From assembly GCA_951406725.2 (NCBI GenBank), contig OX597818.1, positions 140,492,001-140,556,000 of the forward strand: a stretch of 64,000 nucleotides of DNA. Reading direction: 5' to 3'. Position numbers and translations under genes: made by a program. The notes below the pieces were generated by a model, which saw only the letters and a program-made list of their open reading frames with translations, ran no database searches and was not told where the DNA came from. This stretch comes from Octopus vulgaris (Eukaryota). Position 1 is the first letter of the stretch; each line of letters opens with the position of its first letter. Below are positions 27,609-40,990 of the stretch, piece after piece.

Positions 27609-27997
27609 GGATGGAAGCACTCTGTCGGTTACGACGACGAGGGTTCCGGTTGATCCGAATCAACGGAACAGCCGGCTCGTGAAATTAACGTGTAAGTGGC
27701 TGAGCACTCCACAAACACGTCTACCCATAACATAGTTCTCGGGGATATTCAGCGTGACACAGAGAGTGACAAGGCCGGCCCTTTGAAATACAGGTGCAGC
27801 AGAAACAGGAAGTAAGGGTGAGAGAAAGTTGTGGTGAAAGAGTACAGCAGGGATCACAACCATCCCCTGCCGGAGCTACGTGGAGCTTTTAGGTGTTTTC
27901 GCTCAATTAACACTCACAACGCCCGGTCTGGGAATCGAAACCACGATCCTATGACCGCAAGTCCGCTGCCCTAACCACTGGGCCATTGCGCCTCCAC
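27609..27997 (-). mobile_element. tRNA-derived SINE, family C, with 12-bp target-site duplication
   Basis: Head GGAGGCGCAATGGCCCAGTGGTTAGGGCAGCGG...GTTTCGATTCCC; TSD GCATTGGCATAT at 27597-27608 and 27999-28010. Confidence 0.9.
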
Positions 27998-28214
27998 AGC
28001 ATTGGCATATATGTATATATACACGTACATATAAATATATATGTAAGCATACTTTTAAACTCTGTTTTGCAAACAGAAATTTAGGTTGTTAATTCTTTTG
28101 GGACTCCGCAAACAGGTTTGTTTATTGCGCATTACAGTACACAACAGACAAATACAAAATAATCGATGTATAGTCGACTTCACAGGACTTTTTCCCTTTA
28201 TATAAACTGCGTAG

Positions 28215-28348
28215 TTGTTTGTTAAAAAGCTTGATTCCCAATCACATGGTTCCGGGTTCAGTTTTGTTGTGTCTTCTACTATAGCCTCGGGCCGACCGAA
28301 GTATTGTCAATGAAATTGGTAGACAGAAACTAAAAGAAGCCCGTCGTA
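28215..28348 (+). mobile_element. SINE family B 5' fragment, inverted relative to the adjacent full copy
   Basis: cacatggttccgggttcag...gtgtcttctactatagcc...aaagaagcccgtcgtat. Confidence 0.7.
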
Positions 28349-28370
28349 TATATATATACGCGAATATATA

Positions 28371-28774
28371 CTCTTTTACTTGTTTCAGTCATTTGACTGC
28401 GGCCATGCTGGAGCACCGCCTTTAGTCAAGCAAATCGACCCCGGGACTTATTCTTTTGTAAGCCCAGTACTTATTCTATCGGTCTCTTTTGCCGAACCGT
28501 TAAGTGGCGGGGACGTAAACACACCAGCATCAGTTGTCAAGCAATGCTAGGGGGACAAACACAAACACACAAACATATACACACACATCCATATACATAT
28601 ATATACATATATACGACAGGCTTCTTTCAGTTTCCGTCTACCAAATCCACTTACAAGGCTTTGGTCGGCCCAGGGCTATAGCAGAAGACACTTGCCCAAG
28701 ATGCCACGCAGTGGGACTGAACCCGGGACCATGTGGTTGGTAAGCAAGCTATTTACCACACAGCCACTCCTGCG

Positions 28775-28777
<3 letters not shown>
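28371..28777 (-). mobile_element. tRNA-derived SINE, family B, full length
   Basis: Collinear with 24081-24480. Confidence 0.9.
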
Positions 28778-28820
<43 letters not shown>

Positions 28821-28839
28821 CGTGTGCGTGTGTTTAGGA

Positions 28840-29050
28840 AACCCCAAAAACTAACAGCAAATACAACAAAAAATCAAAACAACGCGAAGACGTGGTACAT
28901 GTAAAGTATTAGCAGACGCTCAGGGAAGGAAAGAAATATGGTTTTACGTTTGGAGGAACACCCTTCTCCAGAAACAGAGGAATGTTCAATAGAAAGGAAG
29001 AAGGAGGAAGAAAATCGCCAACGATTTACATGTGGTTACATTTTGAAATG
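28840..29050 (-). repeat. Dispersed repeat (putative PLE pLTR fragment) with decayed hammerhead
   Basis: Homologous to 35870-36056 (tggtaca, acgctcagg, aaatcgccaacgatt); minus strand tttCTGGAGA agg..cctc CAAAC GTA aaa. Confidence 0.65.
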
Positions 29051-29240
29051 ACCAGAAAAAAATGGGTGAAGAGAACGTTCTTTCTAAGACAAGAGAGTAT
29101 AAGAGCAGGAGGTACGCGTGTGTTTGTGTGGGTATGCACGTGCGCGCAAGTCTGTGCGTGCGTGTGTGTGTGTGTGTGCGTATGTGTGTGCGTGTATGTA
29201 GTTTTTATGTGTGTGTGTTTTGTGTGTAATGTGTGCATGC

Positions 29241-29384
<144 letters not shown>

Positions 29385-29481
29385 GGAATTTACAAAAATA
29401 TAAACAAAATAAAAGACGAAGACGGGTGTGTGTAGAGAGAGAGAGAAATAGAGAGAGAGAGCCTCGAAGTGACAATCAGTG

Positions 29482-29778
29482 AAGGTGATGGCTTAATGAT
29501 TACAATATCATGAGGTTGTGAGTTCGATTCCCGGACTGGGCTGTGACGTGTGTTCTTCAGCAAGACACTTTATTTCACATTGATCCAGTTCACTCGACTG
29601 TAGAAACGAGTTGTGACGTCGCTGGTGTCAAGCTGTATCGGCCTTTGCCTTTCCCTTGGATAACACCGGTGGCATGGAGAGAGGAGGCTGGTATGCATGG
29701 GTGACTGCTGGTCTTCCATGAACAACATTGGTCGGACTTGTGCCTAGGAGGAATTTCTAAGTGAAATCCCATGGCCTG
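29482..29778 (+). mobile_element. tRNA-derived SINE, family A
   Basis: GAGTTCGATTCCCGGAC B-box, gtgttcttcagcaagacactttatttcac; homologous to 2840-3180. Confidence 0.85.
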
Positions 29779-29780
29779 AT

Positions 29781-29799
<19 letters not shown>

Positions 29800-29811
<12 letters not shown>

Positions 29812-30006
29812 AACGTCTTTATGTCTGTGTTTGTTCTCCACAGGTGTTTGTGGGCATACGTCACCGTAACGAACCGGTTTGGCGAAAGTGAGAGAATAAG
29901 TATTACGCTTAAAAAAATAAGTCCTTGTGTCGATTTTTCAACTGAAAATCTTTCAAGGTGGTAATCGAGCAGGGCTGCAATCAAATGACTGAGGCAAATA
30001 AAAGAC
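29800..30006 (+). mobile_element. Degenerate 3' half of SINE family B
   Basis: gcaatcaaatgactgaggcaaataaaaga tail. Confidence 0.6.
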
Positions 30007-30625
30007 AATGATACCTTACACCAATTGAATATATTTTGTAGCATCTTTATGCACGCCTTTCTTTTTATTTTTTTGGCGTCGCGATTCTGTTTTTTTTTTT
30101 TTGCGTATTCCTTATAAGGTTCACTGACGCCATCCATATGCCTGCATGTCTATGAGTTTTTATGTCTCACGTCTCTCTCTCTCTCTCTTTCTCACTTATA
30201 TACACGCGCGTACGCACACACACAAACACAAGTGTGCATGCACATACAAACACACGCAGACATTCCCACACATATTTACATTGACATCTTTTCATATTCA
30301 TACGTCTCCCTCCCCATTCTGCTTTGTATTTGTCATCTTCTTTTATGACTCATACGTAAATTTGATCGTCAAATTGTCAGACAGATGGCTGTTTCAATTT
30401 TATCTTGCTTTTTCCGATCACAGGAACTGTTCAACATCAACCAAAGAAATAAGTTTGGAGAGGGTCAGCATACTTCACTATTAATTATAGTTTCCAAATC
30501 CTATATATAAAACTCTTACTGATCTAAAACTAGAGCTACACTGCAGCCAAAAATTCCATGTTTGCGGGATTATTTGTAGTTATGATATAAATCCAACTGC
30601 ATTCATTATTGTCTATCTCATCCCA

Positions 30626-30697
<72 letters not shown>

Positions 30698-30698
30698 T

Positions 30699-31159
<461 letters not shown>

Positions 31160-31179
31160 TGTATGTATATACATATATG

Positions 31180-31240
<61 letters not shown>

Positions 31241-31749
31241 TTACATACATATATCCAAACACATAAACGCAAACACACATATACTGATGAGACACTGATG
31301 TTGCAAACAGCAAACAAGCTTATTAAGTATTAGTTATTAGTGACGGAAGTAGAATTAATACCAAAGTAATCTTTATATAAAACTTAATAAGGATATCTTC
31401 TTAGAACACCCAATTTTGCATTATTAACCTTTAGCGATCTTGTCATATGGGCGCTTGGTACATAAAGGCACACACATAGATCTTGGTAGATATGAATTGT
31501 TTGAGGCAAGAGCCCGACTTCCCATATCACATGATTTCATTCTGCTAGAAAAGATGCCGGTGCTCTATATACCTTAGCAGCTAGAATTGAATCAAATGGA
31601 GTAACCAGATGCTTGACACTGATTATTTCCAGTAGAATGAAATCCTGGCTCCCATGACAGACGATTTTCGTCTGCGCTTACATTAGTGGATGATATCTAA
31701 ATACTAATAACGCAATATTCGTTGCTCTAACAAGCCGAACAAGTTATGG

Positions 31750-32770
31750 TACATATATATCTGTAGGCATGTGTGTGGCAGTGATTAAGTTTACCAATGG
31801 TTTCATATTAAGAAAGCCATTCACAACTATCAATCCTCTCACATGGGGCAACTCTGTTGGGCTTCATTAACATGAAACCAATGGTATCCTTAATCCACAA
31901 ATGAATAATCTTTTATCTATCAATGCGGTGTCGAGAACTCCTTCACCATGTTCGAAATATGGAACTAATTTCTAATACGAACCCCGAAACAATAGACTTT
32001 CCTTCGACTCAATATCAATCCATTAACCCACAAAAAAAGCTTTCTACACATCGCACTCGACAACCACACTGGCCACCTCGAACATATAATAACTATAAGC
32101 ATCTAAATCAACCCATTATAACTGCGCATTATAAACATACTAAGGGCCTGAGGCGGGAGATTCTATGATTCGCACCACCTTTCTCACTCCAAGTTAAATC
32201 TCTTCCTAAACTTTTCTTTAAAATCCTAAATTCTAACTTCCCGCCATAGCATAAATACCTCCCTATCTTTAATAAAGCATCAGTTAAAATCTCCTACTGT
32301 ACTACACCTAATTTGGGATCTATAATCGCCTCCTCAGGAAAAGGCAAACTACAACACCAGTCCGTTAAACCAGGAATTTCTCACGCTGCACCCCAAATCA
32401 ACCTACATAGTTACAATATTACAACATTCAGTAACGCAGCTCGACTAAATAATAACAGATTGAAGTCGTAGTTTTACAACAGGCGTAGTTTTACAACATT
32501 TGATGACATATATTAGCGAATATATTTTTCTGCGTAAAAATGTAGTCTACAAGTGCCATGTTATAACACCACGCTCTCAACTAGCAAGGGTCTATATCGG
32601 CGGCTCTGTTGATCTCAAGTGCCGCTACCGTGCATGCATGAACTCTTTCCCCAATCCAAATAATAAATTATTTACCTCCTTAACAACTTATATACACAAC
32701 CACAAATCTCAAAATGTTCTCTATACCCTATTCTGGTCCATCGTACAACGCAAACATCGCTATGTGTAAA
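31750..32770 (+). pseudogene. Old, degenerate Penelope-like element (linker plus GIY-YIG), same protein type as 10016-10795
   Basis: From about 32163: L*FAPPFSLQVKSLPKLFFKILNSNFPP*HKYLPIFNKASVKISYCTTPNLGSIIAS aligns to WFNPAF...HKFYRIFNRRTLKVSYSCCRNFASYIS; ORF 32500-32769 NVVYKC...YIGG...R...NSF...TSL..YI...WSIV. Confidence 0.85.
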
Positions 32771-33037
32771 TCATGTTTAAAAGAATCACTAACCATCCTT
32801 CGCCACCATCCATACAGCCGCATATTGTAACGAACTAAATCTACCAGCATTATTATGGATTCTCGAGCCCACAGAAACACCTCCTGGTCTTATAAGACCT
32901 TTCTTCCGCCCTTTAATTTTCTTTGTTGTTTCTATTCTTTGTAAGTTGAAGCTACTAATATTAATATCTATATATTTATACATAAAAATTCATCATCTGA
33001 ATGTTACCCCATTTTGGTTTTTCTCGTTTTGTGCCAG

Positions 33038-33185
<148 letters not shown>

Positions 33186-33189
33186 TGTG

Positions 33190-33403
33190 GAGGGGTGTAC
33201 GTGTATATGTATTCCGTTGCTGAAATACTATGAGGATATTTTTCGAAAAAGAAGACTAGGCAAATTATATTTTGATTTCTTAAAGATTTATGAAAGCAAA
33301 TTAACAGAAATAAAGACAAATATATGTAATTGAAAGAAAGCTTGATAATGTCAATAATATGACACCATGATGAAATTCGGAATATAATCGACAGAATATT
33401 TAA
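33190..33403 (+). repeat. Local direct duplication, copy 1 (copy 2 at about 34710-34924)
   Basis: About 210 bp collinear: tatgtattccgttgctgaaatactatga...ctaggcaaattatattttgatttcttaaagatttatgaaagcaaatt...ggaatataatcgac. Confidence 0.9.
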
Positions 33404-34709
33404 TATATTTGATGTGTTTAATTTGTCTATTCGCATAATTGCCTCCACATACCCGCTCATTGTGATCCCTCTTATAGCCTTTCTTTACCTTGTGGAAGGA
33501 TCCCCTGTAAAGACATCGGAGTCTAAGTTTCTTCTGTACGGAGACTACCTGGATCTTATCTGTGAACTAAATATATATATATATATGTATGTATATATAT
33601 ATATATATATATCATCATCATCATCGTCATCATCATCATCATCATCATCATCGTAGTCATCATCATCATCATTATCATCATCATCATACTCATCCGTCAT
33701 AATCAACTATTTATCCAACTTATGATTTATTATCCATTCTAATTTTTTGCACTCATAATTTATTGTGCTCTGCATGCGTATCAATCTTATATGCCTACTG
33801 TACAGTTTTCTAGAAGTCTGTCGCTTTAAGAAAAGTAGTAATATACACAGATGTCTATTCAGGTATCATATGGTACCAAAGGTCACAAATAAGACTGAAC
33901 AACAGAATATCTTCTGGCCTTCATTTACTTTTTAAAACTACCAAGCAAAAATATTAATTAAACATCTGTACTGTAGCATGGTCTTGTCCGTGGCGACTAA
34001 AGAACATTATAGATCTCAAGAACTATCAAAGAGCAAGAAAATATTAAAATACTAACATAACTATTCACTAGAAATTTTGCTCTGTCTACATTGCTTACAT
34101 AAAGCAATTTGATTTAATAACAGCAAACAAAAAACAGCAAAGAAAAACAGAAAATATATATAGTTATTTATATATTCATTTATTTACTGCAAGTTCTGGA
34201 AGCGGAAAATTGCAAAATTTGTAAACTACAGAGAGATAATCGATTGCTGTAAATGGGATAATAGTGAAGCCATTGATCTAGTTGAACTAGCAAATTTGAA
34301 GAAACAGACAAGATACAGAGGAACAAAACAAAAGCATTAAATAAACATAGAAAGATCACAAACATTAAAAAAAAAATAATAGTAAAATTACAAAAGAAAC
34401 GGAGAATATCAAAGGAGAAGAAAAAGAGTTAGAATGGATATTGTCGGTCAAATATGAACGTAAAAGCAACCGTTTATTAGAATAAGAATGAGTTAAGAAA
34501 TCGATATATTAGGAAATATGTAAATAAAAGCTAGAATGGTAAAGCGCAGAAAAGCTAATGAAACATAAATACATATACATGTATACACACACCCATATAC
34601 ATTTATACATAAGGCATATATGCCTACATATTTGTACTTATATATACATGTATATATTTGTACTTGTTTGTGTGTGTGTGTGTATGTGTGCGTGCGTTCG
34701 CGTGTGTAT

Positions 34710-34924
34710 GTGGGGGTGTACGTGCATATGTATTCCGTTGCTGAAATACTATGATGATAGTTTTCGAAAAGGAAGTCTAGGCAAATTATATTTTGATTTC
34801 TTAAAGATTTATGAAAGCAAATTGACAGAAACAAAGACAAATATATGTAAATGAAAGAAAGTCTGATAATGTCAATAATGTGATGCCATGTTGAAATGCG
34901 GAATATAATCGACGGAATGTTTAA
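34710..34924 (+). repeat. Local direct duplication, copy 2
   Basis: See 33190-33403. Confidence 0.9.
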
Positions 34925-35242
34925 GGAAAAACATTTCTTGAAATTAATAAAAGGAAAATAGGTAAAATCCTAAAATAATTCCGGCAAAACAAATAAACAT
35001 ACACACGTACATACATTCATACATACATATCTACATACATACATACATACATACATATCAATATATACGTATGTATATATGCATATATATGTGTGTGTGT
35101 GTATTTATATATATATATATTCATATTTCTATGAACACAAACTTATACATGCATAAATATATGTATATATATATATATATAACCATGTATATATACATAT
35201 ATATATAACATGTATATATACATATAGTTATATACACGCAAA

Positions 35243-35307
<65 letters not shown>

Positions 35308-35769
35308 CATGTATATATACATATGTATATATGTATACACACACATATACACATATATATTCATACGCACATACTCACTCGCATAAGCATACTTATAAAC
35401 ATACATCTACACAGGCACACGTAGAAACACAAGCATATATGTTAATATTTAAGGGTGCAAATATTATTAAAGTATTTTGTCATTCGGGTAATATACGAAT
35501 AACTCAATAATATAGACGAAAAAAGAAATAATATAATCACTAGATTTCGATAAGGAAATAGCCATTTCATTTAGGAATATCTATTTAGATTAGATGCAAA
35601 GATGAATAAAATATATCAGCTTCGGATAATACTGGAAATATTGGCATTGAAAATAGAGCTACGAAAATATAGCTTGATCATCAAATTCTAAATCTCTTCC
35701 CTCTTTCACTCTGTCAATATGCATATACATAGATACATACATACATACATACATATATATATAGCTAAT

Positions 35770-35816
<47 letters not shown>

Positions 35817-35817
35817 T

Positions 35818-35852
<35 letters not shown>

Positions 35853-35869
35853 GTGTGTGTGTGTCAATG

Positions 35870-36056
35870 CAAACAAGAACAATCAAGAAAAAACAACAAA
35901 ACGAGGACATGGTACACTTAATGTGTTATTGAACGCTCAGGAAAGAAAAGAAAAGAAAGTGGATTTCACGTTTCGAGCGGAGTTCTTCATCAGAAATATA
36001 GAAAAAGTTCAAAGAAGGGAAGACGGAAAAAGGAAATCGCCAACGATTCACACGCG
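35870..36056 (-). repeat. Dispersed repeat (putative PLE pLTR fragment) with hammerhead core
   Basis: Minus strand 35996-35964: ttt CTGATGA agaac-tcc-gctc GAAAC GTG aaa; homologous to 28840-29050. Confidence 0.7.
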
Positions 36057-36077
36057 CTCAAACACATACACGCATTA

Positions 36078-36802
36078 AGTCATCCCATAAATAATGCGGT
36101 GTTTTCGATTGCATGAAGTATTAGTAGGAGGGGGACGGGATAAACTTCCTGCATCGACTTGCTATAAAAGCAGGTAGTAATTTTACCTTTCGATGTTCTT
36201 AGTGCGAGTTTTGAAGAGTGCAGTTCAATTTTAACAGCTATTTTTTCAAATTTATAATGGAAGCGACGGAGTAGTATATTTGGCATATTTTGCTTTATGA
36301 GGTCAATAATGGCAACAACGCAACGGAGTGCGAGGAATATGAATGCCGTATATGGGGAATGGACAATAAGCGGAAGCCAGTGTCTCCGATAGTTCCAGAA
36401 ATTCTGAGCCGAAAACTACACCCTAAAAGACGAGTCTGGTCCTGGGAAGATTTGTAGAGCTCAACGAGGACGTCCTGTAAACCCTGGTGGAACAAAATCC
36501 CATCGTAACTATGCTGGAACAAGCAGAAAAGGTTAGAAAGGGTCATTCAACCAGTTACTCAAGTCAGCGCTAGATGAAAAACGACCATTTTTGTTGTCAA
36601 GACGAAGGGTGTTCTTCCATCAGGATAATGCTCGGTCACATACCCAGGTGATGACACTCCAAACTACTTTTGTGACCCACTCTACAGAATTCATATTTTT
36701 CCCGTTCAAATGATTTTGGAGACTGCGGAAGTAATGATAATCAGATGGGGCAATATACGGCGAATACGGTGGATGAGGCATCGTCTCCCATTCAAGCTGC
36801 AC
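36078..36802 (+). mobile_element. Decayed mariner (Tc1/mariner) transposon with internal deletion and inverted 3' segment
   Basis: From ATG 36257: MEATE*YIWHILLYE..GNNAT..RNMNAVYGE...FQKF...LKDE; then ALDEKRP...FHQDNARSHT on plus; WETMPHPPYSPYIAPSDYHYFRSLQNHL on minus (36660-36800), the YSPDLAPSD motif. Confidence 0.88.
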
Positions 36803-36809
36803 CACCCTT

Positions 36810-37110
36810 TGGAGTGCTCTGTTTCACTTTTACTTCTGAGAACCTAATTTATGTAATAACCTGCTCGAGTTGTGGACGTCACTATATAGGACAGATGAGT
36901 ATGACATTGAAACGGAGAACCACTCTACATAAAGAGCAGAACCAGTTCCTGCAATACAGACACATTCCTGTAAGTGAACACAGAGAGATGTGTAGGTAGC
37001 ATCAAACCAAATTTTACAGTTTTTCTACTCCTACCAATGCAAAGATACAATTTCTTTACAAGAACATTTAAATAAAGAAAATTTGTTCATAGTAAAATAC
37101 AGAATAAACT
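36810..37110 (+). pseudogene. GIY-YIG endonuclease fragment of a second PLE lineage (CxxC between GIY and YIG)
   Basis: FTFTSENLIYVITCSSCGRHYIGQMSMTLKRRTTLHKEQ...HIPVSEH..MC. Confidence 0.8.
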
Positions 37111-37329
37111 CCACACACAACAGGGAAAAACATTCTTCTTAAGAAAACACGTATTTAAATAAATTTTAATGTAATGAATAGCAAAAGCGAAAGCGGTCGA
37201 CAAACACAATACAAAATACATTAGAAATTTATAATAAAACTATATAAAGTATGTGCATTTTCCTTCTTTAATTTCTTATATACTTTACAACTCACCACGT
37301 GGAGATAATCGAAATTCCACCCTTTCTGC

Positions 37330-37367
<38 letters not shown>

Positions 37368-37429
37368 AATAATATGAGGTATATATATCTATGCATATAT
37401 GTATGTAGTTAAAATTTTGCTGATGGCAA

Positions 37430-38160
37430 GTATAAGAACTCTTACGTTAGACATGTGAATGAGTATTGACCTCTTCTCAACGATATACGAAATCATGTCA
37501 CGGACAGATATGTGCTGTGGAATTTTTAGGAGAGACGGTTTTCGAAGGCGTTGCTAAGGCAATTTTTTAATGATCATTTCTATAATGTTTGCCATGTTGG
37601 AAGTGAGAGCAAGCTGTATGACGAGATTTGGCAGGGTCAAAATATCTGCCACAATTGGGAATATGTAACTTTAAATAGATAACATTTTCAACAATTTAAC
37701 CTTTGTTGCATATGGATAGGTTTGCTTGTAAGTGTGTTTGTGTGAATGCACCATTTCAAATTGTACTTTGATTTCTCTACGGTAAAACATCATTTCAAAC
37801 TTTCAAGCAGTCTGTCATCATTGATGTGGCGTTAGAAAATGTATCCAGTAACCTGGGAGAGTTACCTTATGAATTACTTCGAGTTTTCTCCAAAGAATAA
37901 GAAGCAGTATTTATGTAGATATTTTTTATCTGCAAAAGGCAGACATTCTAGATAGTAATTGATTTTGGATTGAAGGATACTTTGTTAAGGGTAGGGAAAT
38001 AGAAATTAACTGCAGGCACCTCCGATGAAAAATAGAACTTTCGAACTATCGATAATCTATTCGTGTATTTTCAAGAAAACTTTCGAAGTGGTGTTTCATG
38101 ATTGAAACGTTTATGATATTTAATTCCAGGTAAACCTGGGGTCATCCACGTATATTCACC
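37430..38160 (-). pseudogene. Very degenerate CR1/L2/Jockey-like LINE RT fragment
   Basis: Minus strand with frameshifts: FDPAKSR..ALTSNMANIIEMIIKK...SLLKIPQH resembles DPxNYRPIALTSxxxKxxExII...LLxxxQHGF; boundaries uncertain. Confidence 0.5.
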
Positions 38161-39128
38161 TGTTTTTTAAGAAAACATATCTGTGAAATGTAATTGATTT
38201 AATGCCTCTCGCACATAACAGTTCAATCTATGCTTCTGTGTAGGATAATGTAAACAAAACATAACCTTCTAATCTATGGGCATTGGAACCACTACTACTC
38301 TACAAATTCTCGCCTAAGTATGATTCTGAATTAATATGATTTACTGAATAAACTCATCTCAAGTAGCCTTCAACCAACAAGCAAGCCGTCTTATGTTCAT
38401 TTGTTGTGCAATAAATACCAGGCAAATATTCAGTAAATCACTCATTACCGTTTTAATTAAGGGAAGACCGTATTAGATAATGTACTCCTACATTCAACCA
38501 TAGCGAAATGATATTCACAGGGCCTCTGATCTACAAATGTTCTATCGAATTATATGGAGATAAACAGCTAGTGCAACAACAACAATCTTGTTAGTTTCGG
38601 CCAGAACATTGCCTAAGAAGTTTCACTTCATCTGCCTTGCATAAAAGAATGTATAATGCATTAGCTACGTCCGTTTCATTTTCAGATTAACAAATGTAAA
38701 ACATCAAATTCTATATCCGACATATTGTTAGTGGGTAGGCAGAAACTAGTAAAATACATTGTGGCCAGCCAGTACGATAAGCACAAATAACAGTCAATTG
38801 AATTTTCTTTACAATCCTTCGGAAGAAAAAAAAGGAGATTTATCTTTGTTTCGGAAATAGCAGATTACTAATGTCTAAGAAAACCACACTATTATTTATC
38901 TAAAAGGTAATGTCTTTGATTTTATCACAATTGCTTAGCCCTTATGGCAGGAGGTCAGTAATTTTGTTGGTACGAGTAAATTGTACTTATTTTCTCGACT
39001 CAGAAAAGATGGAAGGCTAAGTTGACCGTGGGGCAATTTGAAAACAGAGGGCCAAAACTTACAAGCATTTTGCCCGGTCCTGTTGTGATAAGGATTCTGC
39101 CTTAAATGCAATAGTAAATATTGCAAAT

Positions 39129-39624
39129 GTGGAGGCGCAATGGCCCAGTGGTTAGCGCAGCGGACTTGAGGTCGTAGGTCCGCGATTTCAATTCCCAGAG
39201 CGATTCCAAAAGTAGAAGAATCTCAGGCCCCGGCTGGGGTTGGTGGTGAAACCTGCTATACTCTCTCACCATAACTTTCTCTCACTCTTACTTCCTGTTT
39301 GTGTTGTCCCTGTATTTCAAAGGGCCAGCCCTGTCAAACTTTGTCTCACGCTGAATCTCCCCGAGAACTACGTTAAGGGCACACGTGTCTGTGGAGTACT
39401 CAGCCACTTGCACGTTAATAAATGAACTGCGACGTCACTGGTGTCTAGCTGTATCGGCCTTTGCTTTTCCCTTGGAGAACATCGGTGGCATAAAAGGAGC
39501 GACTGGTATGTATGGGTGACTGCTGGTCTTCCATAAACAACCTTGCCCAGACTTGTGCCTCGGGGGGTAACTTTCTAGGTGCAATCCCATGGTCAATCAT
39601 GACCGAAGGGGGTCACAGCAACAC
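39129..39624 (+). mobile_element. Chimeric SINE (family C 5' part plus family A 3' part) with 13-bp TSD
   Basis: TSD AAATATTGCAAAT at 39116-39128 and 39625-39637; junction near 39419. Confidence 0.85.
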
Positions 39625-39699
39625 AAATATTGCAAATTTATCATAGATGTACTTCTACACAGCTAATCACATGTTGCAGTTCGATGAAGAAGCTTATTT

Positions 39700-39880
39700 T
39701 TGTTTCGTTCTTCGCAGGTATGGTGTTCGCAATGAGTATAACGTCCATACTATTCTGGGAGTTGAATGCTGGACTGATCATCGGCTTGCTCGTGCAAAGG
39801 TGATGTTTGTTATAAAATTGAAAATAGCAACCAATGGTGTAGCCATGCCAAAGAAATTGAATGTGACTCCTCCGAAAGAA
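39700..39880 (+). pseudogene. RTE-type LINE APE endonuclease C-terminal fragment
   Basis: GVECWTDHRLARAKV...PKKLNV matches the RTE xDCWTDHRLV motif. Confidence 0.7.
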
Positions 39881-39954
39881 GATGCAATGAAGGGATCGTT
39901 GATGAAGTGAACGAACATGTTTAAACATGCATCACTCTCGTGAGAAGAATTTAC

Positions 39955-40240
39955 CTCATCAATGTATTCACTACCACCCTGTATACCTGATCACGTGACC
40001 GACCAGACCATCAGATGTTGTTACACATCGCTGGTCACAATGCGTTCGCATTGTTTTAGCCTTCGAATGACGCCACCCCGCTGGCTAAGCGAGCAGGCCA
40101 ACAGAAGAAAGAGTGGGAGAAAGAGTGGTGAAAGAGTACAGCAGGGATCACCACCCCCTGCCGGAGCCTCGTGGAGCTTTTAGGTGTTTTCGCTCAATAA
40201 ACACTCACAACGCCCTAACCACTAGGCCATTGCGCCTCCA
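39955..40240 (-). mobile_element. SINE with family C head (internally deleted) and a third type of 3' body
   Basis: 40115-40240 matches 27820-27996 except for a deletion between two GCCC motifs; 39955-40110 is unrelated to the family C tail. Confidence 0.8.
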
Positions 40241-40267
40241 CGTATATATATATATATATATATACAC

Positions 40268-40302
<35 letters not shown>

Positions 40303-40329
40303 CACATACAAACACACACACCTACACAT

Positions 40330-40371
<42 letters not shown>

Positions 40372-40373
<2 letters not shown>

Positions 40374-40990
40374 CCCCAAACAGCTATACGATGTCAGTGG
40401 TAAAATCGCTACCGAGAGGATGATTTATATTCTCACCCACAAACCATGCACAAGGACAAGAGATATATAGAATTAATCAACCATTAATAAATGGATATTC
40501 TAACAGACTATTAATCAGAGATATAGAAGAATGAAGACACAAACATAATATAAAATGTACGGCGTGAATGCATCAAATATAAATACGCACACCACACATG
40601 ATATAATTACATGAACCAAACGCACTCAAACAATCGAACAAATAAACATATAATACAATTCACCGTAAAATGCAACTCAAAATGCATCACACCCATCCTT
40701 AAGCTTAAGATAATACAATACAGTATACAGACAAACACTAAAAATCTCCTAATGAATGGAACTCCTAAAACATGCGTGGTGAAGTGCAAACTGCGAATGA
40801 CCTATGCGATATATAAATTTGAATGTGAAACGGGAAGTTGCAAACTACAAGACACTGACTGTTACGTTGGACAAACCGGTACAACACTCTCGTGTAGGCT
40901 CACCGTGTACTTGCAACAAGGAGCTAATGCACATCATTACACCACATAAGCGAAACCATATTTAGATAGGAAAATACAAGGGAAAATCTT
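40372..40990 (+). pseudogene. Degenerate PLE fragment (thumb plus GIY-YIG), third lineage
   Basis: LINGYSNRLL (thumb NGY motif), TKNLLMN, AIYKFECETGSC...YVGQTGTTLSCRLTVYLQQGANAHH. Confidence 0.78.

Noticed and set aside
27930-27997. tRNA-like sequences (also at 3110-3180, 24400-24480, 39130-39200)
   Set aside because: They are SINE heads continuing into repeat bodies with TSDs, not tRNA genes.
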